From the NCBI GenBank assembly GCA_009841605.1, contig VXLM01000120.1:48167-112166 (forward strand): a DNA stretch of 64,000 bases, given 5' to 3'. Origin of the DNA: Dehalococcoidia bacterium (GTDB lineage Bacteria > Chloroflexota > Dehalococcoidia > Lucifugimonadales > VXLM01). Every line of letters begins with the position of its first letter. Positions within the stretch are counted from its first letter, which is position 1. Under the pieces are notes generated by a model that was not told the DNA's origin, did not search any database, and saw nothing but the letters and a program-made list of their open reading frames with translations. Below are positions 28,226 to 39,858 of the stretch, in pieces. The translations under genes were made by a program, and so were the position numbers.

Positions 28226-30061
28226 GCGTCCACACCGTCATCACCAGCCCGCCCTACTACGGTCTCCGAATGTATCAAGGGAACGCCCCATTGGTTTGGG
28301 GTGGATCAGACGATTGTGTCCAGCAGTGGGCGCATGAAGAGTTCAAGCGCAGATCCAGCGACTCGCATCCAGGCCCGCTAAAGTGGGCCTGGAATTCCGA
28401 CCGCGCCACGCCGATTGAACACGCGGCCTGTGTGGATTGCGGGGCTTGGTATGGGGTGCTCGGCAACGAGCCGCCGATTCAGCAGTATGTTGAGAACGTT
28501 GTGCAGATCCTCCGCGAGGTCAAGCGTGTGCTCCGAGACGACGGCACGCTCTGGCCCAATCTCGGAGTCTCCTATACGAGTAGCGGCAAGGGACTCAATG
28601 CCCACGGCAAGTATGCCGGAGGGGGCAACAAGCAGGCAACGAATCGGGGTAGCATAGATGGAGTCCAACGAACCTCCGTCGACTTGCCCTCGAAGAACCT
28701 AAAGATGATTCCCGCTCGTGTCGCCATTGCCCTGCAGGACGACGGGTGGATATTGCGGCGAGACACAATTTGGTGTCTGAGTGGTGGTACACAGCTATAC
28801 GCCAAGACGCAAATGCAGGAAGGCCCCACTCCGCTGAAAGATTTAGCAAGGCTCCACCCTTCAACCGTGCAACTCTGGAATGGGGAAAGGTGGACGCAGG
28901 TGACAGCGTGGCGCCGGAGCGATTCGGATGAGCCTAGGGTCGAGTTGGTACTACGCTCGGGCGAACGAATAGGCTGTACCGCATCTCACAAATGGCCGAC
29001 CGGAAGGGGCTTGTTGGCAACGTCGGATATTAGAGTGGGTGATGTGCTTCAATCGGCCATTCTGCCTGAGCCCGCGGACCGATGGAGGCCTCAGTACCTC
29101 ACTGATGCTTTACTCTGGCTAATCGGCTTGTTTCTTGCAGAAGGGAGCCGATCAGAAGATACCATCCAGTTGTCTTTAGGTCGTCATGAACTCGATTGGC
29201 TAAAGAAAATCAAAGCAGCGGCGGAAGATGTTGGCAATTCCATGACACACACGCTCTCGGAAGGTAAGCTTGATGTACGGCTGTATGGTCGAGTTCTGAA
29301 TGCCGTTCTGTATGAGTATATTTCAGGGAAGACGGCCAAAAACAAGCACTTTTCTCCCAGAATATGGCGACTACCAAACGATGCTCTGAGGATCGTCATT
29401 CAGGGATATTTGTATGGTAATGGTCATGATGACGGTGGAAACAGAAGAAACAGATTGGGGTTCACAAGGAACTATGCATTGGAACGCGATCTTCGAGTCA
29501 TGGCAGCCAGACTCGGTGCAACGCTGACATTGAACCTCGCTATGGTCAAGATGGATGGGCGAAAGTTTCCGAGCTTCCGAGGGGAGTGGAGGTGGAGTCG
29601 TAGTGGACATCATAACGAAAAGGACCGTGCTGAAATAATCGAGGTTCGGCGCAGCAGAGGACGCACCTTCTATGACGTGTCAGTTGCAGATGAACCCCAC
29701 CTATTTAGTCTGGCATCCGGCGTCCTGACGCATAACTCGAAGGAAAACCCGATGCCGGAGTCGGTGAGGGACTGGCCCACCGCCGCACCACGAGTACATC
29801 TTCTTGTTCAGCAAGTCCAACGATTCCCTGTTCTGGACGCACCGAGACGGGAAGGACACGTGCCGGAAGCCCGAACCCGACTACCGTTGGATCGACCTCA
29901 TCGAGGGCTTGGAGTACGAGCGTGAGCCGGAGGGCTGGTCCGACGAACTCCTGCCATGCCCGGACTGTGGAGGCAAGGGATGCGTCAAAATCGTGAGTCT
30001 CGTTGCGTCTGCACCTGTAGTGGCGTCTGACGGTCCGCGCGAACGGAGAGCGTCGTGCTAG
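28222..30061 (+). pseudogene. N4/N6 DNA methyltransferase remnant (beta-class order), N- and C-terminally truncated, frameshifted, interrupted by an intein
   Basis: Motif IV SPPY lies only 8 residues after the GTG that overlaps the purQ stop. DGTLWPNLGVSY and DTIW are followed, after the intein, by SKENPMPESVRD. The expected HEYIFLFSKS continues in the +1 frame (29804..30061 ORF), so a 1-nt frame break lies near 29775-29785. No AdoMet motif I (FxGxG) appears before the stop at 30061. Confidence 0.75.
28774..29736 (+). mobile_element. 321-aa intein with LAGLIDADG homing-endonuclease domain
   Basis: Block A CLSGGTQLY (Cys1 at 28774), block B GCTASHKW, LAGLIDADG motifs LIGLFLAEGS and IQGYLYGNGH, block F TFYDVSVADEPHLF, block G VLTHN followed by Ser+1 (29737). 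It is inserted inside the conserved W-x-K-x-N-P-M-P-E-S motif. Confidence 0.85.
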
Positions 30062-30474
30062 GCATACTGTTCGCCCTGTGCGCCGCAGTTGGATTCGGGG
30101 CCACGGCCTTCTTCGCCCGGCTCAGCGTCCAACACATGAGGCCCACGACGGGCGTCATCGTCTCCCTGGTCGTCGGCGTGATTTGCACCTCGGTCTTCGT
30201 CTTGGCGATTGACGGAGCGGAGGCGCTCTCGCTGACGTGGACCCAACTGGCGCTCCTATTACTTGCCGGATTCGCAAGTTTTGTTGGGGGACGGCTGTTG
30301 AACTTCGTCGCCGTTTCCAAGATTGGCGTGGCCCGATCGAGCCCGGTGGTGGGCGCGTCGCCACTCTTCGCCGTTACTCTTGCCATACTCCTGCTGGGAG
30401 AAACACCGAATCCAACGGTCGCCGTGGGCACGATCTCTATCATCACCGGTGTCGTAGTGGTGCTGAGCAAATGA
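30055..30474 (+). CDS. EamA-domain (DMT superfamily) half-transporter
   Basis: 139 aa, 4-5 TM. Stop overlaps the start of the next half-transporter (ATGA). Confidence 0.75.
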   Translation: MLGILFALCAAVGFGATAFFARLSVQHMRPTTGVIVSLVVGVICTSVFVLAIDGAEALSLTWTQLALLLLAGFASFVGGRLLNFVAVSKIGVARSSPVVGASPLFAVTLAILLLGETPNPTVAVGTISIITGVVVVLSK

Positions 30475-30941
30475 CGAACATGATCGAGGAAGGAAAGGGA
30501 CGCCGGGCTGTTCAGGGCTATTTGGCCTCGGTCGGCTCCGCGGCAGGATACGGTTTTGGGACCTACTTCGCCTACTTGGTGATCCGCGACGGAGTGCCTC
30601 CAATGACGGCCACGTTCTTCTCACTCGTGTTCGGTCTCCTGCTTATGGCGCTCCTCTTCCCGCGTCCCGTGCTGATCGACCTGAAGCTAGCCACCCTTCG
30701 TGGGTGGGTGGTAGTATCAATGTCCGGTCTGGCGTCGGCATTTGGCGTCACGTCGTTCTACCTGTCGCTCGATCGGGTGTCGGTAGTGATTGCGTCCCCG
30801 GTGGCCGGAGCCAACCCACTGGTGGCGATCTTGATGACGCACATCTTCTTGCAGCGACTCGAACGGGTCTCTATTAGGACGGTCATCGGCGCCGTTCTCG
30901 TCGTGGCAGGCGTCGCGCTCGTGACCATCGGAACGGCATAA
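30471..30941 (+). CDS. EamA-domain (DMT superfamily) half-transporter, partner of the previous gene
   Basis: ATG at 30471 is coupled to the upstream stop. 156 aa, hydrophobic. The longer ORF from 30237 was rejected. Confidence 0.7.
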   Translation: MTNMIEEGKGRRAVQGYLASVGSAAGYGFGTYFAYLVIRDGVPPMTATFFSLVFGLLLMALLFPRPVLIDLKLATLRGWVVVSMSGLASAFGVTSFYLSLDRVSVVIASPVAGANPLVAILMTHIFLQRLERVSIRTVIGAVLVVAGVALVTIGTA

Positions 30942-30966
30942 CTCGGAATAAACGGAGCGGTCCAAC

Positions 30967-33204
<2,238 letters not shown>

Positions 33205-33378
33205 GGGGTTCTGTGCGGATCCTTGTGCGTCGTGAACAACCCCCATATTGAACTGAATTGAACGAAACTTTGAACACACCCCCAATTTGACACCCCCGTA
33301 GTTGGAGTGCTACGCTGAGTCGAGTGTTAGCAGCCGCTCCGATGGGCTGCTAACTTTCCGTGAGAGATGGAGGTGTTC

Positions 33379-33672
33379 ATGCCCAGGTACGACTACCGCT
33401 GCACAGAGTGCGGGCATGAGTTCGAAGTCAAGCAGAGTTTCTCCGACGAGCCGGTCGCTGGGTGTCCACTGTGCGACGTCGATTGTCGTCGCGTCATTCA
33501 CTCTGTCCCTGTCGTCTTCAAGGGCAGTGGCTTCTACGTGAACGACTACGGCAAGGGCGGTGGCTCCAACGGAAGATCGAAGCCCGAGTCCGATGACTCG
33601 TCCGACTCGAAGTCGAAGGAATCGAAGAAGTCCGAGTCCGCCAAGGACAAGGAACCGGCCTCCACCACCTAG
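33379..33672 (+). CDS. FmdB-family CxxC_CxxC zinc-ribbon protein
   Basis: MPRYDYRCTECGHEFEVKQSFSDEPVAGCPLCD..., with a low-complexity Ser/Lys/Asp tail. Confidence 0.8.
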   Translation: MPRYDYRCTECGHEFEVKQSFSDEPVAGCPLCDVDCRRVIHSVPVVFKGSGFYVNDYGKGGGSNGRSKPESDDSSDSKSKESKKSESAKDKEPASTT

Positions 33673-33694
33673 AATCCATCTCAAGTCATGTTCC

Positions 33695-33716
33695 CCCTGA
33701 GCCTGTCGAAGGGCAG
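33695..33716 (+). repeat. repeat family F copy
   Basis: Identical to 1814..1835. Confidence 0.7.
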
Positions 33717-33772
33717 TTGGGCGCAAATGCTGATGACTTTGAGATAACTTCCTCTACAGGGGCAGCATCCCA

Positions 33773-34237
33773 TTGAAGGCGTTGGTCCAGAGGGTCTCCA
33801 AAGCAAGTGTTTCCGTCGATGAGGAGACCGTTGGGAGGATCGGCCCCGGGTTCGTCGTCCTTCTCGGCGTCTCGCGAGACGACACCGAATCCGACGCGGA
33901 CTACATCGTCAACAAGGTCGTCAACCTCCGCGTTTTCGCCGACGATGACGGCAAGTTCAACCTCTCCGCCATGGACGTGGACGCCGATCTTCTCCTCATC
34001 AGCCAGTTCACCCTCCACGCCGATACCCGCAAGGGCCGCCGTCCGAGCTTCGTCCAGGCCGCGGGACCCGACCTCGCACAGTCGCTGTTCGATCAGACCG
34101 TCGGGAAGTTTCGCGAGACCGGCCTTCGCGTCGAAACGGGCGTCTTCCAGGCCTACATGATGGTCTCCCTGACCAACGACGGCCCCGTCACCATCATGAT
34201 CGACTCCGCCGACAAGGAACGTCCCCGCAGGGGCTAG
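33773..34237 (+). CDS. dtd: D-aminoacyl-tRNA deacylase
   Basis: TTG start. MKALVQRVSKASVSVDEETVGRIGPGFVVLLGV..., SQFTLHADTRKGRRPSF. Confidence 0.9.
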   Translation: MKALVQRVSKASVSVDEETVGRIGPGFVVLLGVSRDDTESDADYIVNKVVNLRVFADDDGKFNLSAMDVDADLLLISQFTLHADTRKGRRPSFVQAAGPDLAQSLFDQTVGKFRETGLRVETGVFQAYMMVSLTNDGPVTIMIDSADKERPRRG

Positions 34238-34258
34238 CGCCCCACAGCGGTGACCATC

Positions 34259-34292
34259 TCGTCATTCCGGCGAAAGCGGGAATCCAGAATCC
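34259..34292 (+). repeat. repeat family D copy
   Basis: tcgtcattccggcgaaagcgggaatccagaatcc. Confidence 0.6.
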
Positions 34293-34300
34293 TCAACTCC

Positions 34301-34331
34301 GCGATCTCTGCGCCCTCTGCGGTGAATCCCC
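34301..34331 (+). repeat. repeat family A copy
   Basis: gcgatctctgcgccctctgcggtgaatcccc. Confidence 0.7.
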
Positions 34332-34351
34332 TATTCTTAGGGGAACGACGC

Positions 34352-35227
34352 CTACCCCATGTCGAGCAGTTCGAGGCTGATGTCCAGTCCCGTGACCGAG
34401 TGAGTCAGCGCCCCGACCGATATCCTGTCCACCCCGGTCGCCGCAACCTCTTTGACGTTATCCAGCGTGATGCCCCCTGACGCCTCGGTCAGTGCTTGCC
34501 CGTCGACGATCCTGACCGCCTCAGCCATCTCGGACGGGGTCATGTTGTCCAGCATAACGATGTCAGCACCCGCCTCGACGGCCTCATGAAGTTGGTCCAG
34601 CGTCTCGATTTCCACCTCGATCTCCCACGCGCTCGGCGCGCTCTCCCGCATTCGCCGGACAACGCCGCCCAGTGCCAGCTCACTCAGCCGTCCCGCGGCA
34701 AGATGGTTGTCCTTGATGAGCACCCCGTCCGACAGATCGCGCCGGTGATTTGTGCCCCCGCCGACGGCGACCGCGTACTTCTGTAGGCTCCGTAGCCCTG
34801 GTGCCGTCTTCCGCGTGTCGAGAATGACTGCATCGTAGTCCGTGACCTCCCGCACGTACCGGTCGGTCTCCGTGGCGATGCCGCTCAGGTGCTGCAGGAA
34901 GTTGAGGGCCACCCGCTCACCCTTGAGAATCGACGCCACGCTGCCTGAAAGCTCGGCAATTGCGCCTGACTCTCCAGTGGAGTCAGCAACTCGCAGCCGC
35001 GCGCCGTCCAAGAGGATGGCCTGGAATTCCAACTCAGGGTCGACCGCGCGAAATACGGCCTTCGCAACTTCGACTCCCGCCAGGACGCCCTCGGCCTTGG
35101 GGATGATGCAGGCAGCGCTTTGCAGGTCAGCGGGTACGAGTGTCTCGGTCGTGATGTCTGCGTCGGCCCGGTCTTCGAGCAGGGCGTTGCGCACGACCTC
35201 GTCGATCTCGGCTTGAGAGATGTCCAT
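34352..35227 (-). CDS. nadC: nicotinate-nucleotide diphosphorylase (quinolinate phosphoribosyltransferase)
   Basis: Start set at the ATG at 35227 (MDISQAEIDEVVRNALLEDRADADITT...), giving 291 aa. The 385-aa ORF-track version would overlap nadA. Confidence 0.85.
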   Translation of the reverse strand: MDISQAEIDEVVRNALLEDRADADITTETLVPADLQSAACIIPKAEGVLAGVEVAKAVFRAVDPELEFQAILLDGARLRVADSTGESGAIAELSGSVASILKGERVALNFLQHLSGIATETDRYVREVTDYDAVILDTRKTAPGLRSLQKYAVAVGGGTNHRRDLSDGVLIKDNHLAAGRLSELALGGVVRRMRESAPSAWEIEVEIETLDQLHEAVEAGADIVMLDNMTPSEMAEAVRIVDGQALTEASGGITLDNVKEVAATGVDRISVGALTHSVTGLDISLELLDMG

Positions 35228-35265
35228 CGTGACGGGCTTTCGACAGGCTCGGCGTGCGGGCAGGG

Positions 35266-36477
35266 TCAGACGACCTGCAGCATCCGGTCGAGGGCGACCT
35301 TCGCGTCCCGCTTCGTGTCGTCGTCCACGGTTATCTCGTTCACGACGACGCCCTCGTTCAGACCGTCCAGTATCCAGCACAGGTATGCCGGGTGGATGCG
35401 GTACATCGTCGAGCAGGGGCAGACGACGGAGTCGAGGCAGAAGACTTTCTTGTCGGGGTTCTCCTGCGCGATGCGGTTGACGAGGCTGATCTCCGTCCCA
35501 ACGGCCCACGTCGTGCCGCTCGGCGCTTCCTCAATGGTCTTGATGATCGTCTCAGTCGAGCCGTTCGCGTCAGCCGCCTGGACGACCTCCATGTAGCACT
35601 CCGGGTGCACGATGACGTTCACGTCGGGGTACTGGCGCCTCGCCTCCTCGATCTGCTTCACGGAGAACCGCGTGTGTACCGAGCAGTGGCCCTGCCAGAG
35701 GACGATCTTGGCCCGGTCGATGTCCTCCTCGGAGTTGCCGCCGAGGGGCTTGAAGGGGTTCCAGATGATCATCTCGTCGAGGCCGATGCCGAACCGCACC
35801 GCCGTGTTCCTGCCGAGGTGCTGGTCGGGGAGGAACAGTATCTTGTCGCCCCTTCCGAGCGCCCACTCAAACGTCGCTGCGGCGTTCGAAGAGGTGCATA
35901 CTATGCCGCCCTCTCGACCGCACAGCGCCTTGATGGCCGCCGTGGAGTTCATATACGTAATCGGCACCGTCGTGCTGTTCGGGAGGACGTCCGTCAGATC
36001 GTCCCAGCAGTCCAGCACGTCGTCGATGTGCGCCATGTCGGCCATCGAGCATCCCGCCGTCAGGTTGGGCAGGATGACTCGCTGGTGGTCCTGACTCAGG
36101 ATGACCGCCGTCTCGGCCATGAAGTGGACGCCGCAGAAAATGATGCTCTCGGCTTTCCCCTGGCTCGCGGCGAACTGCGAAAGCTTGAACGAGTCGCCAC
36201 GAAAATCGGCGAACCTGATGATCTCGTTCCGCTGGTAGTGGTGGCCGAGGATGACGACCTGTTCGGTCAGCCGTGCGCGAGCTTCCGCGATCCGCGCGTC
36301 TAACTCTTCCGGCTTAGCCTTGAGGTAGGAGATCGGTATCTTCTGCCACCGGACTCCCGCCTGGAACTCCTCTTCCAGCGACTTGGCTTGAAGCTCGTCG
36401 TCCGTCTGGCAAAAGGCGGACTGCTCGATCTCGGTTATCGGTATTATCGGCGTCTTGGGAGATTCAGCGATTACCAT
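35266..36477 (-). CDS. nadA: quinolinate synthase
   Basis: ATG at 36477 lies 6 nt after GGAGG. ILGHHYQRNEII, FCGVHFMAET, conserved Cys residues. Confidence 0.85.
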   Translation of the reverse strand: MVIAESPKTPIIPITEIEQSAFCQTDDELQAKSLEEEFQAGVRWQKIPISYLKAKPEELDARIAEARARLTEQVVILGHHYQRNEIIRFADFRGDSFKLSQFAASQGKAESIIFCGVHFMAETAVILSQDHQRVILPNLTAGCSMADMAHIDDVLDCWDDLTDVLPNSTTVPITYMNSTAAIKALCGREGGIVCTSSNAAATFEWALGRGDKILFLPDQHLGRNTAVRFGIGLDEMIIWNPFKPLGGNSEEDIDRAKIVLWQGHCSVHTRFSVKQIEEARRQYPDVNVIVHPECYMEVVQAADANGSTETIIKTIEEAPSGTTWAVGTEISLVNRIAQENPDKKVFCLDSVVCPCSTMYRIHPAYLCWILDGLNEGVVVNEITVDDDTKRDAKVALDRMLQVV

Positions 36478-36494
36478 AGTTGGCCTCCATTCAC

Positions 36495-37775
36495 CTACGC
36501 GGCGAGGGCGACTCGCCCTCCAAGTGACCACGGCCCCGCCCGTTCGATCTTCACCGGCACGGTGTGGCCTACCGCGTCTTCACCTCCCTCTACATACACC
36601 AGTTTATCGCTTCTGCTGCGTCCCTGTATCTGCCCGCGCTTCGTCCCCTCGAGCAATACTTCCAACGTCTCGTCCATGAGCTTCGAGTTGATCTCGGCCT
36701 GAATCGTCGCTTGGAGCTCGTCGATCGCCGTCAGGCGCCGCTTCTTCTCGTCCTGCGGAACGTCGTCCTCGTACTTCCGGGAGGCGAACGTGTTGTCCCG
36801 CGTCGAGTACATCGCCGAGTGCACCTTGTCGAACCGCACGTCGCGCACCATCTCGTACGTCCTGTTGAACTGCTCGTCCGTCTCGCCGCAGAACCCCACG
36901 ATCAGGTCGGTCGACATCGAAACGTTCGGGATTCGTTCCCGTATCCTGTCGACCAGCCTGCGATAGTCGTCGTTCGTGTACTCCCTCTTCATCCTCGAGA
37001 GCACCTCGTCGTCCCCTGCTTGGAACGGCAGGTTGATGTGCTCGCAGACCTTCGGCAGCTCGGCCACCGTGTCGATGATGTGCTCGCTCATGTCCTTCGG
37101 GTGCGAAGTGAGAAACCGGATGCGCTCGACTCCATCAATGGGATGCACCGCTTTCAGTAGGTGCCCCAGGTCCACGTCGCCGTCCAGGTCATGCCCGTAC
37201 GAGTCGACGTTCTGCCCCAGCAGCGTAACCTCGCGCACGCCCCTCGCCGCGAGAAGCTCCACCTCCCGGACGATATCGGGAATCGTCCGGCTGGCCTCGC
37301 GCCCCCGTCGATACGGGATGATGCAGAAGGTGCAGAACTTGTCGCATCCATGGATGATCGGCACGTAAGCCGTTACGTTCGGCCTCGCCGTGAGCGGCCC
37401 GATGCAGCCCTCCGGGTCGATGCCCATGCGGTCGCCGAGCAGGTCGATGAGCGGCGTAAACTGCTGCGGCCGCATGAAGACGTCCACCTGCGGGAACCGC
37501 TGCTCAAGCGTGTCCGTCTTCGGCCCCACCATGCAGCCCATGAGCGCGACGACCTTCTCGTCGTCCTGCTGCTTCATCGGCTTCAGGTGACCGAGCATCC
37601 CGACCACCTTGTCCTCCGCGCTCTGCCGGACGACGCAACTGTTCAGCACCACCACGTCGGCCTCCTTGGCAGTGGCGGCCTTGCCTAGCCCCATCTGCTC
37701 AAGGGCGCTCTCGAGGCGCTCGGAATCGGCCACGTTCATCTGGCAGCCGATTGTCCATATGTAATAGTCTTCCAT
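36495..37775 (-). CDS. miaB: tRNA-i6A37 methylthiotransferase (radical SAM, MiaB family)
   Basis: IWTIGCQMNVADSE, radical-SAM CDKFCTFCIIP, TRAM-like C-terminus. Confidence 0.88.
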   Translation of the reverse strand: MEDYYIWTIGCQMNVADSERLESALEQMGLGKAATAKEADVVVLNSCVVRQSAEDKVVGMLGHLKPMKQQDDEKVVALMGCMVGPKTDTLEQRFPQVDVFMRPQQFTPLIDLLGDRMGIDPEGCIGPLTARPNVTAYVPIIHGCDKFCTFCIIPYRRGREASRTIPDIVREVELLAARGVREVTLLGQNVDSYGHDLDGDVDLGHLLKAVHPIDGVERIRFLTSHPKDMSEHIIDTVAELPKVCEHINLPFQAGDDEVLSRMKREYTNDDYRRLVDRIRERIPNVSMSTDLIVGFCGETDEQFNRTYEMVRDVRFDKVHSAMYSTRDNTFASRKYEDDVPQDEKKRRLTAIDELQATIQAEINSKLMDETLEVLLEGTKRGQIQGRSRSDKLVYVEGGEDAVGHTVPVKIERAGPWSLGGRVALAA

Positions 37776-37802
37776 GTCCGCGTTTGTGTGGGCTTTACAA
37801 AA

Positions 37803-37894
37803 TGGCGGAGGGAGTGGGATTCGAACCCACGAGAGGGATTTCTCCCCCTAAGCGCTTAGCAGGCGCCCGCACTAGGCCACTATGCGATCCCTCC
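37803..37894 (-). tRNA. tRNA-Ser (anticodon GCU)
   Basis: Cloverleaf folded by hand: acceptor GGAGGGA/TCCCTCC, anticodon loop CUGCUAA, long variable arm, T-loop GGTTCGAATCC, encoded CCA. Confidence 0.9.
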
Positions 37895-38058
37895 GTCAGT
37901 GATCTTCAAATATAGCAGAGACTCGTATTCGCGGCAATGAGAACGACGGTTGGGAAGTGAACCAGTTTGAAACAGAACAAGCAGTTAGAGGCTTGTGAAT
38001 GCCCTTTTTACTGCGATACTATGCCCGCGAGGGGGAACACGTTTCAAGGAGCGTCGCC

Positions 38059-38856
38059 ATGAAGCTGACGTTATTCTCCCTACTACCCCTGTTCCTCGTC
38101 TCCGTCCTCACCGCGTGTGATGAGGAACCTGCTGTGACTCCCACGCCTACCTTCCTGCCGCCCCTCGGCGAAGATTTTCCAATCACGCCGAGGCCGCTCC
38201 CGCCCGCCGAGCTGAGCGGCCTCGAAGTTGAGATACTGTACGCTGAGGTTATAGTCCGGGCGAAACTCGTGTCCGTCAATTACGAGATTCAGGCTTCCCA
38301 TGACCCGGACGAAGTAAGAGTTGAGGACTGGTACAGGCCGGTCCTTCTGTATAACTTGAGAGTCTTCGAGGTCCTCAAACACAGAAACTATCATACCGGT
38401 CCGTATCTCGTTGGCACGCGATGGGGCGGCGGATGGACTGACCGCGCGACCGCCGAGAGAAAGGCAAAGGAATTCCTCGATGCCAGGAACAGCCGCTACG
38501 ACGACCGCGAAGCGATAGTCCTGCTGGGACCCAGCGGCTTCGGGGTGGGCAGAATCGATCATCACATGATTGGTAGTCTCAAACATTACGACGACGACTA
38601 CTCCTTGAGCAGCCCTCGTCGCAGGGTCTGGTTCCCGGCAACCGACACGGGCGACCCCATTGCCTACATGCTGACCGAGCCGCCGAATCCCTCACCGTGG
38701 ATACGCGACACCATCACTCTGGAAGAGATGGAATCCCTCAGCAGCGACCTCACCGCCGAACACGACCACTATGAGGACTACCGCCGCGGAGTCGTCGACA
38801 AGCACAAGGAGCTCGGCGAAGAGCGCGCCATGTCACATCCAACGGCGACCCCATGA
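38059..38856 (+). CDS. hypothetical lipoprotein
   Basis: ATG lies 7 nt after AAGGAG. Signal plus lipobox MKLTLFSLLPLFLVSVLTAC. No recognisable domain. Somewhat AT-richer than its neighbours. Confidence 0.65.
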   Translation: MKLTLFSLLPLFLVSVLTACDEEPAVTPTPTFLPPLGEDFPITPRPLPPAELSGLEVEILYAEVIVRAKLVSVNYEIQASHDPDEVRVEDWYRPVLLYNLRVFEVLKHRNYHTGPYLVGTRWGGGWTDRATAERKAKEFLDARNSRYDDREAIVLLGPSGFGVGRIDHHMIGSLKHYDDDYSLSSPRRRVWFPATDTGDPIAYMLTEPPNPSPWIRDTITLEEMESLSSDLTAEHDHYEDYRRGVVDKHKELGEERAMSHPTATP

Positions 38857-38892
38857 AAGCGGATTTCAAGCTAATACACTACCGAGGGTCGC

Positions 38893-39333
38893 CTAAACCC
38901 CCGCCCCCTCCCGCAACGCCACGTCCTCCGGGCTCTCCACCCACACCTCGCCGCCCTTGAAAAACTCCTTCTTCCATATAGGCACGACCTGCTTGAGCCG
39001 GTCGACGCTGTACTGAGCGGCCTCGAAGGCGTGCCCACGGTGCTGCGACGCGACCGCCACCACGAGGCTGACATCTGTTATCTCCAACCGCCCCAGGCGG
39101 TGCGAGATAGCCACGCCCGTCAGCGGCCACCTGTCCATCATCTCGTGCGCCACCTCCGACAGCTTCTTCTCGGCCATCGGCTCATACGCCTCGTACTCAA
39201 GGTACAGAACGTCCCGGTCTGCCGTGCTGTCCCGTGTCGTGCCGAGGAACGTGAGCACCGCCCCGGCCGTCCTCGATCGCACCCGGTCCGTGATAGCTTC
39301 AGGGTCGAGCGGCTCGTACGTGATCTCAATCAT
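38893..39333 (-). CDS. moaE: molybdopterin synthase catalytic subunit
   Basis: 146 aa. VLTFLGTTRD, EYEAYEPMAEK, PIWKKE. Confidence 0.85.
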   Translation of the reverse strand: MIEITYEPLDPEAITDRVRSRTAGAVLTFLGTTRDSTADRDVLYLEYEAYEPMAEKKLSEVAHEMMDRWPLTGVAISHRLGRLEITDVSLVVAVASQHRGHAFEAAQYSVDRLKQVVPIWKKEFFKGGEVWVESPEDVALREGAGV

Positions 39334-39652
39334 CCCTGCCTCCGCTGACCGGCGGAATCAGCGCGACCTCATCGCCGTCCGAAAGCGCGTAGTCGTGCTG
39401 TTGGTACTCCTGGTTCACGGCTATCACCAGCGCGTTCGGCGTCCCAATCAGCCCCGGATACCGCTCGAAGACCATCTGCGCCACCGAACCGACCGTCGCG
39501 CCGTCGGGCATCGTGAGCTCCAAGACGCTCTGTCCCACTCGCTCACGATAGCCTGCGAACAGCCTCAGCGTAATGTTCAGGACAACTCTCCTCGACGGTG
39601 GCTGGTGACCCCCAATTATACCAAACGGGGTACAGAACGCGGGGAGATGCAT
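39326..39652 (-). CDS. moaD: molybdopterin synthase sulfur-carrier subunit (MoaD/ThiS fold) with 3 residues after the GG
   Basis: ITLRLFAGYRERVGQ... DGDEVALIPPVSGGRDD*. Overlaps the moaE start. The true start is uncertain: no canonical start codon lies near the conserved core, and the first ATG is at 39652. Confidence 0.7.
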   Translation of the reverse strand: MHLPAFCTPFGIIGGHQPPSRRVVLNITLRLFAGYRERVGQSVLELTMPDGATVGSVAQMVFERYPGLIGTPNALVIAVNQEYQQHDYALSDGDEVALIPPVSGGRDD

Positions 39653-39858
39653 TCACACATTCCCCTGAACTCAGAACGCCGTGCCAGTGTTCGTGATCGC
39701 CAGGTGTGCTCTGCTGCTGTGGTGGTCGCAGGAATGGTTGTAGCGGACGCTAGGCTCGCTGATGATCTAGACAGTGATACTGGGCCGCTTTGAATTCGAA
39801 GGAAGTTCCTTCAGCTTCATTGAGCAAGCGTTCAAGGATGCTCAGGTCGAGAGGCTCA

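Noticed and set aside
35228-35509. Upstream 94 codons of the 385-aa nadC ORF
   Set aside because: They overlap the 3' end of nadA, are Arg/Pro-rich and are not similar to NadC. The NadC homology starts at MDISQAEIDEVV.
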